Assembly: GCA_963786945.1 (NCBI GenBank) | Contig: CAWBAO010000001.1 | Location: 65,976-129,975 of the forward strand | DNA length: 64,000 nt | Source of the DNA: an uncultured delta proteobacterium | Lineage (GTDB): Bacteria > Myxococcota > Myxococcia > Myxococcales > Anaeromyxobacteraceae | Reading direction: 5' to 3' | Shown: positions 10,323-19,548 of the stretch, piece after piece | Numbering within the stretch: the stretch's first letter is position 1 | Layout of the letters: each line of letters opens with the position of its first letter | Position numbers and translations under genes: made by a program | The notes under the pieces: model-generated | Database searches by the model: none | What the model was told of the DNA's origin: nothing | Seen by the model: the letters and a program-made list of their open reading frames with translations, nothing else

Positions 10323-10780
10323 GGCCGGCCTCCGGCGGCGGCCCGGATGGCCCTGCGGATCCGGTTGTAGGTGCCGCAGCGGCAGAGCAGGCCGCGCATG
10401 GCCTCGTCGATGTCGGCGTCGGTCGGGTGCGGGGTGCGGGCCAGCAGCGCCGCCGCGGCCATGAGCTGCCCGGACTGGCAGTAGCCGCACTGCGGCACCT
10501 CCTCCGCGGCCCAGGCCTTCTGGAGCGGGTGGTCGCCGTCGCTGGAGAGCCCCTCGATGGTGGTGACGCGGTGGCCCACCGCCTCGGCGGCGGGCGTGTG
10601 GCAGGACTGCACCGCCTTCCCGTCGAGGAGCACGGTGCAGGCGCCGCACTCGCCGATGCCGCAGCCGTACTTGGTGCCGGTGAGGCCGATGGAGTCGCGC
10701 AGGACCCAGAGCAGCGGCGTGCCGGGCGCGACCTCCACGGTGTGGCTCTTGCCGTTCACCACGAGCTTCAGTCGGGCCAT
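10319..10780 (-). CDS. (2Fe-2S)-binding small subunit (IorA-like)
   Basis: Cys clusters [12 protein letters not shown] and CGYCQSG...CRCGTY are present. The ATG at 10780 is preceded by GGGAGG. Confidence 0.95.
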   Translation of the reverse strand: MARLKLVVNGKSHTVEVAPGTPLLWVLRDSIGLTGTKYGCGIGECGACTVLLDGKAVQSCHTPAAEAVGHRVTTIEGLSSDGDHPLQKAWAAEEVPQCGYCQSGQLMAAAALLARTPHPTDADIDEAMRGLLCRCGTYNRIRRAIRAAAGGRP

Positions 10781-10921
10781 GGGGCCTCCCACGGGGCGGC
10801 GGGTGGTGAGCGACTCTATGCTCGCCAGGGGCGCGGGCGGCAACCATGTCGGGGTCCTCCATGTGGGAGCCCCACCGCGCGCCAGGGGCCGGGCTAGGAT
10901 GGGCTTTCCCGGGAGGCGGAC

Positions 10922-11518
10922 GTGAAGGTGGCTGGCATCGTCCTGGCGGCTGGTCGGTCGACCCGCATGGGTCGAAACAAGCTCCTGCTGCGCTTCGAGG
11001 GCGAGAGCCTCGTCCGCCGAGCCGCCAGGACGGCCCTCCAGGCCGGGCTCGACCCGGTCCTCGTCGTCGTCGGTCACGAGGCGGAGCAGGTCGGGGCCGA
11101 GCTCGCCGGGCTCCCCTGCGTGGCCGTCTCCAACGGGCGGCACGACCTCGGCATGAACACCTCGCTCGACGCCGGGGTGGGGGCGGTGCCCGCCGACGCC
11201 GACGCCGCCGTCGTGGTCCTCGCCGACATGCCGCTGGTCACCGCCGACATGCTGCGGACCCTGGTGGCCCGCCACCAGGCGACCGGGGCCGCGCTGGTGG
11301 CCTCGCGCTACGGCGCCGCCGTCGCGCCGCCGGCGCTCTACGGGCGGGCCGTCTTCCACGAGCTCGGGGGCGGACGGGGCGACGGGCGCGGGCGCGAGCT
11401 GCTGCGCCGCCGCCAGGAGGAGGTGGCCTGGGTCGACTGGCCGGCCGCCGCCCTCGCCGACGTCGACGAGCCCGGGGATCTCCCCCGGGCCTGGCCCACC
11501 GACGCGGAGCGGCCATGA
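10922..11518 (+). CDS. molybdenum cofactor cytidylyltransferase-like nucleotidyltransferase (MocA family)
   Basis: It has a [14 protein letters not shown]-terminal motif. It is divergent from the Mo-enzyme genes and overlaps the xdhC-like gene by ATGA. Confidence 0.85.
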   Translation: MKVAGIVLAAGRSTRMGRNKLLLRFEGESLVRRAARTALQAGLDPVLVVVGHEAEQVGAELAGLPCVAVSNGRHDLGMNTSLDAGVGAVPADADAAVVVLADMPLVTADMLRTLVARHQATGAALVASRYGAAVAPPALYGRAVFHELGGGRGDGRGRELLRRRQEEVAWVDWPAAALADVDEPGDLPRAWPTDAERP

Positions 11519-12555
11519 GCGACGACGCCGACGTGCTGGAGGTGGCCCGCGGGTGGCGCGCCGAGGGGCTCGGGGTGGCGCTGGCGACGGTGGTGAGCAC
11601 CTGGGGCTCCGCGCCGCGCCCGGCGGGCAGCCTGCTGGCGGTGAACGGGCGGGGGGACTTCGCGGGCTCGGTCTCGGGCGGCTGCGTGGAGGCGGCCGTG
11701 ATCACCGAGGCCGGCCTCGCCCTCGCCGACGGCCGGGCGCGCCTGCTGGAGTACGGCGTCTCGAACGAGCGCGCCTTCGAGGCCGGGCTGGCCTGCGGCG
11801 GGCGGATCCAGGTCCACGTGCAGCGGCTCGGCGACGACGCCGTCCTGGCGCCGCTGCTGGCGGCCATCTCCGCTCGCCGGCCGGTGGTGCTGGCCACCGA
11901 CCTGTCGCGCGGAGGGCTCCGGCTGGTGGACCCGCTCGCGCCGGATCGCGCCGCCGAGCCCGGGCTGGCCGCGGCGGCGCTGGCGGCCGTGGCGCGCGAC
12001 GAGTCCGCCCGGGTGGAGATGCCCGGTGGCGCGTGGCTCGTGCGCCCCTTCGTCCCGCGCACCCGGCTGGTGATCTTCGGCGCCGTGCACGTCGCCCAGG
12101 CGCTCGCCCCCATGGCCCGGCTGGCCGGGGTCGAGCCCGTGGTGGTCGACACGCGGCCGGCCTTCGCGACGGCGGCGCGCTTCGAGGGGGTGCCCATGGT
12201 CTGCGCCCCGGCCGACCAGGCCCTGGCCAGGGTCGGGCTCGATCGCCACACCGCCGTGGTGACCCTGACGCACCGGCCGGAGCTGGACGACGCCGCGCTG
12301 GCCGCGGCGCTCCGCTCCGAGGCCTTCTACGTCGGGGCCCTCGGCAGCCGGAAGACGCAGGCGGCGAGGCGGGAGCGGCTGCGCGGCCTCGGCTTCGGCG
12401 ACGGCGACCTGGCGCGGATCCACGGGCCGGTCGGGCTGGCCATCGGCGCGCGCTCCCCCGCCGAGATCGCGGTCGCCATCCTGGCGGAGCTGGTCGCCGC
12501 GCTCCGCGCCACGCCGCAGGCCCCGAGGACGGGGCCCGAGGTCGCCATCGGCTAG
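11515..12555 (+). CDS. XdhC/CoxI-family molybdoenzyme maturation protein
   Basis: This is the tail of ORF 10846..12555. It has the XdhC N-domain ([15 protein letters not shown]...GSVSGGCVE) and a Rossmann-like C-domain ([13 protein letters not shown]). Confidence 0.9.
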   Translation: MSDDADVLEVARGWRAEGLGVALATVVSTWGSAPRPAGSLLAVNGRGDFAGSVSGGCVEAAVITEAGLALADGRARLLEYGVSNERAFEAGLACGGRIQVHVQRLGDDAVLAPLLAAISARRPVVLATDLSRGGLRLVDPLAPDRAAEPGLAAAALAAVARDESARVEMPGGAWLVRPFVPRTRLVIFGAVHVAQALAPMARLAGVEPVVVDTRPAFATAARFEGVPMVCAPADQALARVGLDRHTAVVTLTHRPELDDAALAAALRSEAFYVGALGSRKTQAARRERLRGLGFGDGDLARIHGPVGLAIGARSPAEIAVAILAELVAALRATPQAPRTGPEVAIG

Positions 12556-12564
12556 ACTGCGGCG

Positions 12565-13002
12565 ATGGCCACGAAGCCCTCACCCCGGCGCGCCGCGTAC
12601 CCGTGGTTCCGCCCCGTCACCACCCGCTGGATGGACAACGACGCCTACGGGCACGTCAACAACGCGCACTACTACTCGTACTTCGACACCGTCATCAATC
12701 AGTACCTGATCGAGCGCGGCGGGCTCGACCTCCACGCCAGCCCGGTGGTCGGCTTCGTGGTCAGCTCGAGCTGCGACTTCTTCCGCCCGGTGGCCTACCC
12801 CGGTGGCCTCGAGGTCGGGGTGCGGGTGGACCGGATGGGGAAGAGCTCGGTCCACTACGGGGTGGCCCTGTTCGCCGCCGGGGACGACGCGGCGCGGGCG
12901 GCCGGCCAGGTGGTCCACGTCTTCGTGGATCGGGCCACCTCGACGCCGGCGCCGATCCCGGCACCAATCCGCCAGGCGCTCGAGGCCATCGCCGGCCCGT
13001 AG
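12565..13002 (+). CDS. acyl-CoA thioesterase (4HBT/YbgC-like hotdog fold)
   Basis: It has a [18 protein letters not shown] motif and is about 145 aa long. Confidence 0.85.
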   Translation: MATKPSPRRAAYPWFRPVTTRWMDNDAYGHVNNAHYYSYFDTVINQYLIERGGLDLHASPVVGFVVSSSCDFFRPVAYPGGLEVGVRVDRMGKSSVHYGVALFAAGDDAARAAGQVVHVFVDRATSTPAPIPAPIRQALEAIAGP

Positions 13003-13021
13003 CGGCGGGCGTCCGGCGCCG

Positions 13022-14887
13022 TCACTTCTCCGTCAGGTTCAGCGTCCCGTCCCACCCCGGGGCCGGGGGGTGGTCCCGCAGCCGCCCGATCCGCTGGATG
13101 AACAGGCGGGACGGGCCATCCGCCGGGTCGATGGCCAGGCACCGCTCGAAGGTGGCCAGCGCCTCGCCCCAGCGCTGGGCGCGGTACTCGACCAGCCCCG
13201 CCTCGAAGAGGGTCCGGAGCTCGGCCACCCGGGCCGGGAGGCTCCCCCGGGTCCCCAGCAGCTCGTAGATCCGCACCGGGTCGGTCTTGCCGACCACGCG
13301 GATCAGGTCAATCTCCCGGACCTCGATGGCGTCGCCGGCCAGGGTGCGGGTCTCCTCGTTGACGAGCAGCCGCGTGCCGTACTGGCCGTTGACCGACTCG
13401 AGCCGCGAGGCCAGGTTGACGGTGTCGCCGATGACCGTGTAGCTGCGCGAGTTCTCCGAGCCGATGGAGCCGACGGTGACGTCCCCGGTGGCGATCCCCA
13501 TGCGCACCCGGATGGCCGGGAGGTTCCTGCGGACGCCGAGGATCTCGGGGAGCATGGCCTGGAACTGGGGGATGCGGGCCTGCTGCTCCAGGGCGGCCAG
13601 GCAGGCCAGCGTCGCCTCCTCCTCCGCCGGCGCGAAGGGCGGGCCCCAGAAGGCCATCACCGAGTCCCCGATGTACTTGTCGATGACGCCCTGGCGGACG
13701 CGGATGGGCTCGGCCATCAGGCTGAAGTACTGGTTGAGGAGCTTCACCGCGCCGGTCGGCGTCAGCCCCTCGCAGAGGGCGGTGAAGCCCTCCATGTCGG
13801 AGAAGAAGACCGTCATCCGCTGGCGCGCGCCGCTCAGGGCCACCTGGCCCTGGCCGAGGATCTCCTGCACCACCCGCGGGTCGACGTACTTCCCGAAGGT
13901 GGCCTTGATGGCCTCCTTCTGCCTCAGCTCGCCCACCATGTGGTTGAAGGAGTCGGCCAGCTGGCCAATCTCGTCGGCGGTCCGGATGGGCACCTGGACG
14001 TCGAGGTTCCCGGTCCGCACCGACCTGGTCACGGTCAGCAGCTCGCGCATGGGCCGGACCAGGCTGCGGGTGATCATGGCGGCGAAGAGGATCCCCAGCG
14101 CGCAGGCCACCGCGGTGATCGACCAGCTCATCCACTGGGTCCGCAGCTCCATCCGCTCGGTGAGCCGCGCCGACTCCTGGGTGCCGGCGTGCAGCAGGCT
14201 GGTGATGGCGGTGATGCGTCGGCTGGCGTCGATGCGGCTCTCGTCGAGCTGCTCCTGCAGGAGCGCCACCACGCCCTCGTCCGGGCTCCGGGCCTGGCCC
14301 AGGGTGTCCTCGAAGTCGCCGTGCAGCCTGGCCCGGGCCGGCCCGATGTTCTCGACGTCGGCCTTGATCTGCGAGAGCCGGGCCACCTCGTCCGGGTCCC
14401 GGCGGACGTGATCCAGGGCCAGCGCCTCGTCGACCAGGGCGGCGGCCCGCGCCAGCTTGGCCTCGGTGCAGAGCCGGATCACCCGGTAGGCGAGGAGCTG
14501 CCGCTCGCCCCGGTCGGCGTGGGCCTCGCGCAGCTTCCTCATGACCGGCCGCAGGGAGTCGCTGTGGCAGTCGCCGGCCTCCTTGAACAGCTCGGCCGCC
14601 TCCCGCTCCCCGGCCTCCCGGGCCACCGGCGGCCGGAGCCGGACCACCCGCTCCATGAGGAGGTTCTCGCGCAGGCCGTGGGCCCGCACGTCGCCCATGA
14701 TCTGGTCGAGCGCGATGTAGGTGTTGGAGAGCAGCCCGAGCTGCTGCCCCACCCGCCGCATGTTGATCGAGGTGAGCAGGGTGACGACGATCATCAGCGC
14801 CAGCAGCGCCAACGCGATGCCGAAGATCTTGTAGCTGATGGGTCGGCGGACGTCCTGTTCGTCGGGCGCGGACGGCATGGGCGCCAC
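13022..14887 (-). CDS. class III adenylate/guanylate cyclase with membrane sensor, HAMP and a C-terminal TPR-like tail
   Basis: It has an N-terminal TM helix and a HAMP domain ([14 protein letters not shown]). The cyclase core shows [10 protein letters not shown] and [12 protein letters not shown]. Confidence 0.92.
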   Translation of the reverse strand: MAPMPSAPDEQDVRRPISYKIFGIALALLALMIVVTLLTSINMRRVGQQLGLLSNTYIALDQIMGDVRAHGLRENLLMERVVRLRPPVAREAGEREAAELFKEAGDCHSDSLRPVMRKLREAHADRGERQLLAYRVIRLCTEAKLARAAALVDEALALDHVRRDPDEVARLSQIKADVENIGPARARLHGDFEDTLGQARSPDEGVVALLQEQLDESRIDASRRITAITSLLHAGTQESARLTERMELRTQWMSWSITAVACALGILFAAMITRSLVRPMRELLTVTRSVRTGNLDVQVPIRTADEIGQLADSFNHMVGELRQKEAIKATFGKYVDPRVVQEILGQGQVALSGARQRMTVFFSDMEGFTALCEGLTPTGAVKLLNQYFSLMAEPIRVRQGVIDKYIGDSVMAFWGPPFAPAEEEATLACLAALEQQARIPQFQAMLPEILGVRRNLPAIRVRMGIATGDVTVGSIGSENSRSYTVIGDTVNLASRLESVNGQYGTRLLVNEETRTLAGDAIEVREIDLIRVVGKTDPVRIYELLGTRGSLPARVAELRTLFEAGLVEYRAQRWGEALATFERCLAIDPADGPSRLFIQRIGRLRDHPPAPGWDGTLNLTEK

Positions 14888-14940
14888 CAGCCTACCGCAG
14901 AGCGCCCGCCCGGGGTTGCGCCGGGGCCGTTGGCCCGGTA

Positions 14941-15981
14941 GTGCTTGGCCCCATGCTCGGCATCCTGCTCGTCAACCTCGGCACGCCCGACGACCCCTCC
15001 CCGCCCGCGGTGCGCCGCTACCTCCGCGAGTTCCTCTCCGATCCGCGGGTCGTCGACATCAACCCGGTGGCCCGCAAGCTCCTGCTGGAGCTGGTGATCC
15101 TGCCCCGGCGGCCCCGGGTCAGCGCCGCCGCCTACGCCAAGATCTGGAGCCGCGAGGGGTCGCCGCTGCTGGCCTTCTCGCGGGCCCTGGAGGCCAGGGT
15201 GCGCGAGGCGCTCGGGCCCGGGCACCTCGTCGAGCTGGCGATGCGCTACGGCCGCCCCTCCATCCCCGACGCGCTGGAGCGGCTGCGGGCCGGTGGCGCC
15301 GGCCGGCTGGTGGTGGCGCCGCTCTACCCGCAGTACGCCTCGTCGTCGACCGGCTCCTCGCTCGAGGCGGTCTTCGCGGCGCTGGCCCGCCAGCCGGTGG
15401 TGCCGGCGGTGTCGGTGCTGCCCCCCTTCTACGACGACCCGGGGTTCATCGCCGCCTTCGCCGCGGTGGGCGCGCCGGTGGTGGCGCGCGAGCAGCCCGA
15501 CCACGTCCTCTTCAGCTTCCACGGCCTTCCCGAGCGCCACGTGCAGGCGTCCGACCACTCCGGCCGCCACTGCCTCCAGTCGGCCGGGTGCTGCGACGTG
15601 ATGGGCGTGGCCAACCGCGACTGCTACCGGGCCCAGTGCTTCGCCACGGCGCGGGCGCTGTCGGCCCGGCTCGGGCTGCAGCCCGGGACCTGGAGCGTCA
15701 GCTTCCAGTCGCGCCTGGGCCGGACCCCCTGGATCAAGCCCTACACCGACCTGCGGCTCGAGGAGCTGGCGCGGGAGGGGAAGCGGCGGCTCTGCGTCTT
15801 CTCCCCGGCCTTCGTGGCCGACTGCCTGGAGACGCTGGAGGAGATCGGGATGCGCGCCGAGGAGCAGTTCAAGGCGGCCGGCGGCGAGCGGCTCGCCCTG
15901 GTCCCCTCGCTCAACGCCAGCGACGCCTGGGTCGAGGCCCTGGTCGCGATGCTGCGCCGCACCGCCGGGGCGCCGGCGTAG
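14941..15981 (+). CDS. hemH: ferrochelatase
   Basis: It has ILLVNLGTPD, YLREFLSDPRVV, PLYPQY and SFHGLPE motifs. The start is either GTG 14941 or ATG 14953. Confidence 0.95.
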   Translation: MLGPMLGILLVNLGTPDDPSPPAVRRYLREFLSDPRVVDINPVARKLLLELVILPRRPRVSAAAYAKIWSREGSPLLAFSRALEARVREALGPGHLVELAMRYGRPSIPDALERLRAGGAGRLVVAPLYPQYASSSTGSSLEAVFAALARQPVVPAVSVLPPFYDDPGFIAAFAAVGAPVVAREQPDHVLFSFHGLPERHVQASDHSGRHCLQSAGCCDVMGVANRDCYRAQCFATARALSARLGLQPGTWSVSFQSRLGRTPWIKPYTDLRLEELAREGKRRLCVFSPAFVADCLETLEEIGMRAEEQFKAAGGERLALVPSLNASDAWVEALVAMLRRTAGAPA

Positions 15982-16035
15982 GAGGCCGTCGAGAGCGCCG
16001 GTCCGAAGCACCGTCAGGTGACGGCTCGTGGCGAG

Positions 16036-18464
16036 TTACTGGATCGTCCCCGTCGAGGCCGCGAGCTTGTCGATGAGCGGCTGCATGACCGACGCCGGGA
16101 CGCCGGACCTGTTCATCGAGGACCCGACGAAGGTGGTCATGGCGGCGGCGAGGCCGGTCGTCCCCGCCGTCGACTGCATCATGGTCCCGCCGCCCATCAT
16201 CCCGCCGCCCATGCCGCCCATGGCGATGGAGGTGGAGCCCATCATCCCGTTCATGAGGCCATCCGAGGCGTCCTTCATCATCGCGGTCACCACCCCCGAG
16301 GAGGAGACGCTCATCCCGATGCTCTTGGCGTACTGCGACATGGCGGCGATGGACATCCCGTAGTCCGTCTGGTCCTGGGTCGCGCCCGAGCCAGAGCCGG
16401 CCATCGCCGGGTCCATCGGCGACGTCATGAGGATGTCGCCGGCCATGAAGTAGTTGCCCACCGCCGTGTTGGCCGCCCCCGCGTTCGCCGCGGTCATCCC
16501 GCCGGACATGTTCTGCGCCATGGCCTGGGCCATCGACGTGAGCGGCGTCACCTGGACGCCGGTCGTCGTCGAGCCGGCGGAGACCGACGGAACGCAGCTC
16601 GTCAGCACGTCGCCGGACTGCATGATCATGTTGGTCCCGGTGGCCGGGTCCATGAAGGTCCCGCCGGTCATCTGCAACATCACCGTCCCTGCGTAGGCGC
16701 CGAGCGGGACGCTGAAGTTGCCCGTGGCGTCGACGGGGCTCGAGCCAATCATCGGCCCCATCGTGCCGTTGGTCACGGCGTAGGCCGTCACGGTCCCCGA
16801 GGACGTCCCGCCCATGAAGGCGGTGCCGGTCATGGTCCCGTGGGGGCTGACCGTCGCCACCGGCGCCGGGGAGCTGCCCGTTCGACCCCGCGAGCTGGGT
16901 CATGAGCGCCTGCATGTCCGCTGCCGTCACGCCGGACTTGTTCATCGCGGAGCCGACGAAGGTGCCCATCGCCGTGGAGAGGCCGGAGGTGCCGGCCGTG
17001 GACGACATCATCCCGCCCATCATTCCGCCCATGCCCGCCATCGAGATGGCGGTCCCGCCCATCATCCCGTCCATGACGCCGTCCGAGGCGTCGTTCGTCA
17101 TGGCGGTGACCATCCCGGAGGACGACGTGTTCATCCCGATGGTCTTCGCGTACTGGGACATCGCCGCGATGGACATGCCGTAGTTCTTCTGGTTCTGGGT
17201 GGCGGAGGTGCCGGAGCCCACGACCATCGGGTTCATGGGCACGGTGTGCAGGATGTCGGTCACCGAGAAGTAGGTCCCGACCGCGGTGTGCGTGGTGGCG
17301 ATGTTGGCGTCGGTCATGCCGCCGGTCATGGCCTTCGCCCTGGCGCACGCCATGCTGGTCAGCGGCGTCATCTGGATGCCGGTCGTCGTCGAGCCGGCGG
17401 CGACGGCCGGGACGCACGCCACCATCACGTCGCCGGGGAGCATGGACATCGCCGTGCTCGTCGCCTCGTCGGTGTACGTCCCCCCCGTCATCTGGAGCAT
17501 CACGGAGCCCGCGTAGGTTCCGAGCGGCACGCTGAAGTGGCCCATGCCATCGGTGGTCGCGCTGCCGAGCTGGGCCCCCATCATGCCGTTCGCGATGGCG
17601 TAGGCGGTCACGGTGGCGCCGCCGACCGGCCCCTTCATCGCGGTGCCGGACATCATCCCGGTCGTGGTCCCCCCGCTGCCGATCTGGCCGCCCGAGCCGT
17701 TGAGCTTGTTCACCAGCGGCCTGCATGTCCGTCATGGTCACGCCGGACTTGTTCATCGCCGAGTTGACGAACGCGGACATCGCCGTCGCCAGCCCCGTCG
17801 TCCCGGCGGTGGCCTGCATCATCGTGCCGCCCATCATCCCGCCACCCATGGTGAGGGAGGACGTGCCCATCTTGCCGTCCATGACGCCATCCGAGGCGTC
17901 GTCCATCATGGCGGTGACCACGCCCGAGGAGGAGGGCATCCCGATGGTCTTCGCGTACTGGGACATGGCCGCATTGGCCATGCCGTAGTTCTTCTGGTCC
18001 TGCGTCGCGCCGGTCCCCGAGCCGGCCACCATGGGGTTCATCGGCACGGTGTGGAGGATGTCGCTCACCGAGAAGTAGGCGCCCATGTCGGCGTTCGCGG
18101 CGACCATGTTGGCGTCGGTGATGCCCCCGCTCATGTGGTGCACGCGGGCGTGGGCCATCGAGGTGACCGGGGTGACCTGGATGCCTGAGGTCGACCCGCC
18201 CACGGCGGCCGAGGGAATGGCGCAGGCCATCACGTCCCCGGGCTGCATGGTCATCGTCGTCCCCGTGGCCTCGTCCGTGTAGGTGCCACCGGTCGCCTGG
18301 AGCATCATCGGGCCCGAGTAGGTGCCGACGGAGACCGAGAAGTTCCCCGTCGAGTCGGTGGTGCCCCCGCCGATCTGCGCGCCCATGGTGCCGTTGGTGA
18401 CGGCGTAGGCGGTGACGGTGGCGCCGCTCACGGGGCCTTTCACGACGGTGCCGCTCACGGTGTA
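16036..18464 (-). repeat. three tandem, diverged Met-rich modules of about 285 aa (about 860 nt each)
   Basis: Each module has GATVTAYA..NG.MG...TD..G.FSV..G.Y.G...LQ.TGG.Y.DEATG, then ILHTVPMNPMV.GSG..ATQ.Q.NYGM..AAMSQYAK.IGM, then a MGGMGG/MMGG tract and AMNKSGV...MQ. The copies are clearly diverged at the amino-acid level. Confidence 0.85.
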
Positions 18465-19226
18465 GGCGCAGGTCACCGCGATGCTCGCCACGTCACCGCT
18501 CCCGACGGTCCCGCTTCCGCCGCTCACCGAGCAGGTCTGCGACGGCGACGCCGGCTGGGTCTTCACGCTCACGGCGTAGGCGCTGCCCGACGCCATCGCG
18601 CTGCCGAACGCGAACGTGGTGGCGCCGGCCGGGACCGCGAGGTCCGCCTGACCCGCCATCGAGAGCACGAGCCCGGTGCCGGCGAGGCCGCTCACCGTGC
18701 CACCGACCAGGAACTGGCTGGTCGAGCAGTTCACCACGACGTTCATGACGTTGGCTCCGCCCATCATTCCGGTGCCCCCGCCCACCGTGCAGGTCTGCGC
18801 CGGACTCGAGGGCTGCGTCGCCACGGTCACCGCGTAGGAGGTGCCGCTCGGCATCGGGCTCGGGAAGGCGAAGGTCGTCGCCCCGGACGTCACCGGCAGG
18901 TTCGACTGGCCCGGCATGGCGAGCGCCAGCCCCGAACCGAGAAGGCCGACGACCGTCCCACCCACCGTGTACGAGCTGGTGACGCACGTGACGGCCACGT
19001 TCGTCATGTTTCCGCTGCCCATCATGCCGGTCCCGTTCGCCACCGTGCAGGTCTGCGCGGGAGACGTCGGCTGGTGAAAGACGGTCACGGCGAACGCGGC
19101 GCCGCTCGCCATGGGCATGCTGAAGGCGAAGGCGCCGTTGGCCGAGATGGCCAGGTCGTTCCCGCCGTTGTTCCGCAGCACCAGGGTGGCGCCGGTGGCC
19201 AGTCCGGTCACCGTGCCGCCCACCGT
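18465..19226 (-). repeat. three tandem Ig-like/beta-sandwich repeats of about 85 aa inside the lipoprotein
   Basis: The pattern GGTV.GL.G.GL.L....L.V..GATTFAF....SG.AYAV.V.TQP.SPAQTC.V..G.G occurs three times. Confidence 0.8.
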
Positions 19227-19483
19227 TCCGGAGCCCGGCGGCGTCGTGGTGCCGCTGCTGCTTCCGCCGCCACAGGCGAACAGGAGGAGGGAGGAACCAA
19301 CCACCGCCACCAGCGTCGAGGTTCGGATCTTCATGTGATGCCTTTCAGTCGGGCCGACCACCGCCCGCTCAGCCGACATGGGCGGGCCTATATGCGGCGG
19401 GGAGCGCCAGCGCCCGGTTCGATGGAGCCCGTCCGGCTCCCCGGAACCCGCGGACCGCACCCGGGTGGAACACCCGGCACGGG

Positions 19484-19507
19484 ACAAAGTTCCCGCTGGA
19501 GGGAACC
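19484..19507 (-). terminator. possible weak intrinsic terminator after the GH15 gene
   Basis: On the minus strand GGTTCCC-TCCAGC-GGGAACT is followed by TTGT, about 42 nt after the TAG at 19549. The stem is short and the U-tract is short. Confidence 0.3.
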
Positions 19508-19548
19508 ACACGGGATCGCGACGACAAGCGTCTGCTTCCTCCCGGCAC

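Larger units (their letters stand above)
16036..19334 (-). pseudogene. large Met-rich repeat lipoprotein, readable only across three frames (two +1 breaks): frameshifted gene, sequence error, or three adjacent genes
   Basis: The ATG at 19334 gives MKIRTSTLVAVVGSSLLLFAC (lipobox). Frame A makes sense to Q538 (17721). The homologous continuation is in frame B (17719..~16862), then frame C (16860..16036, ending TIQ-stop). Beyond the junctions, frames A and B turn into R/D/H-rich nonsense. Confidence 0.7.

Noticed and set aside
16850-17735. Programmed +1 ribosomal frameshifting (prfB-like) at the module junctions of the Met-rich lipoprotein.
   Set aside because: There is no in-frame stop or rare codon at the shift site, no conserved slippery motif shared by the two junctions, and no upstream SD-like stimulator that I could see. 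An indel or sequence error is the simpler explanation, and it is kept as a finding only for verification.
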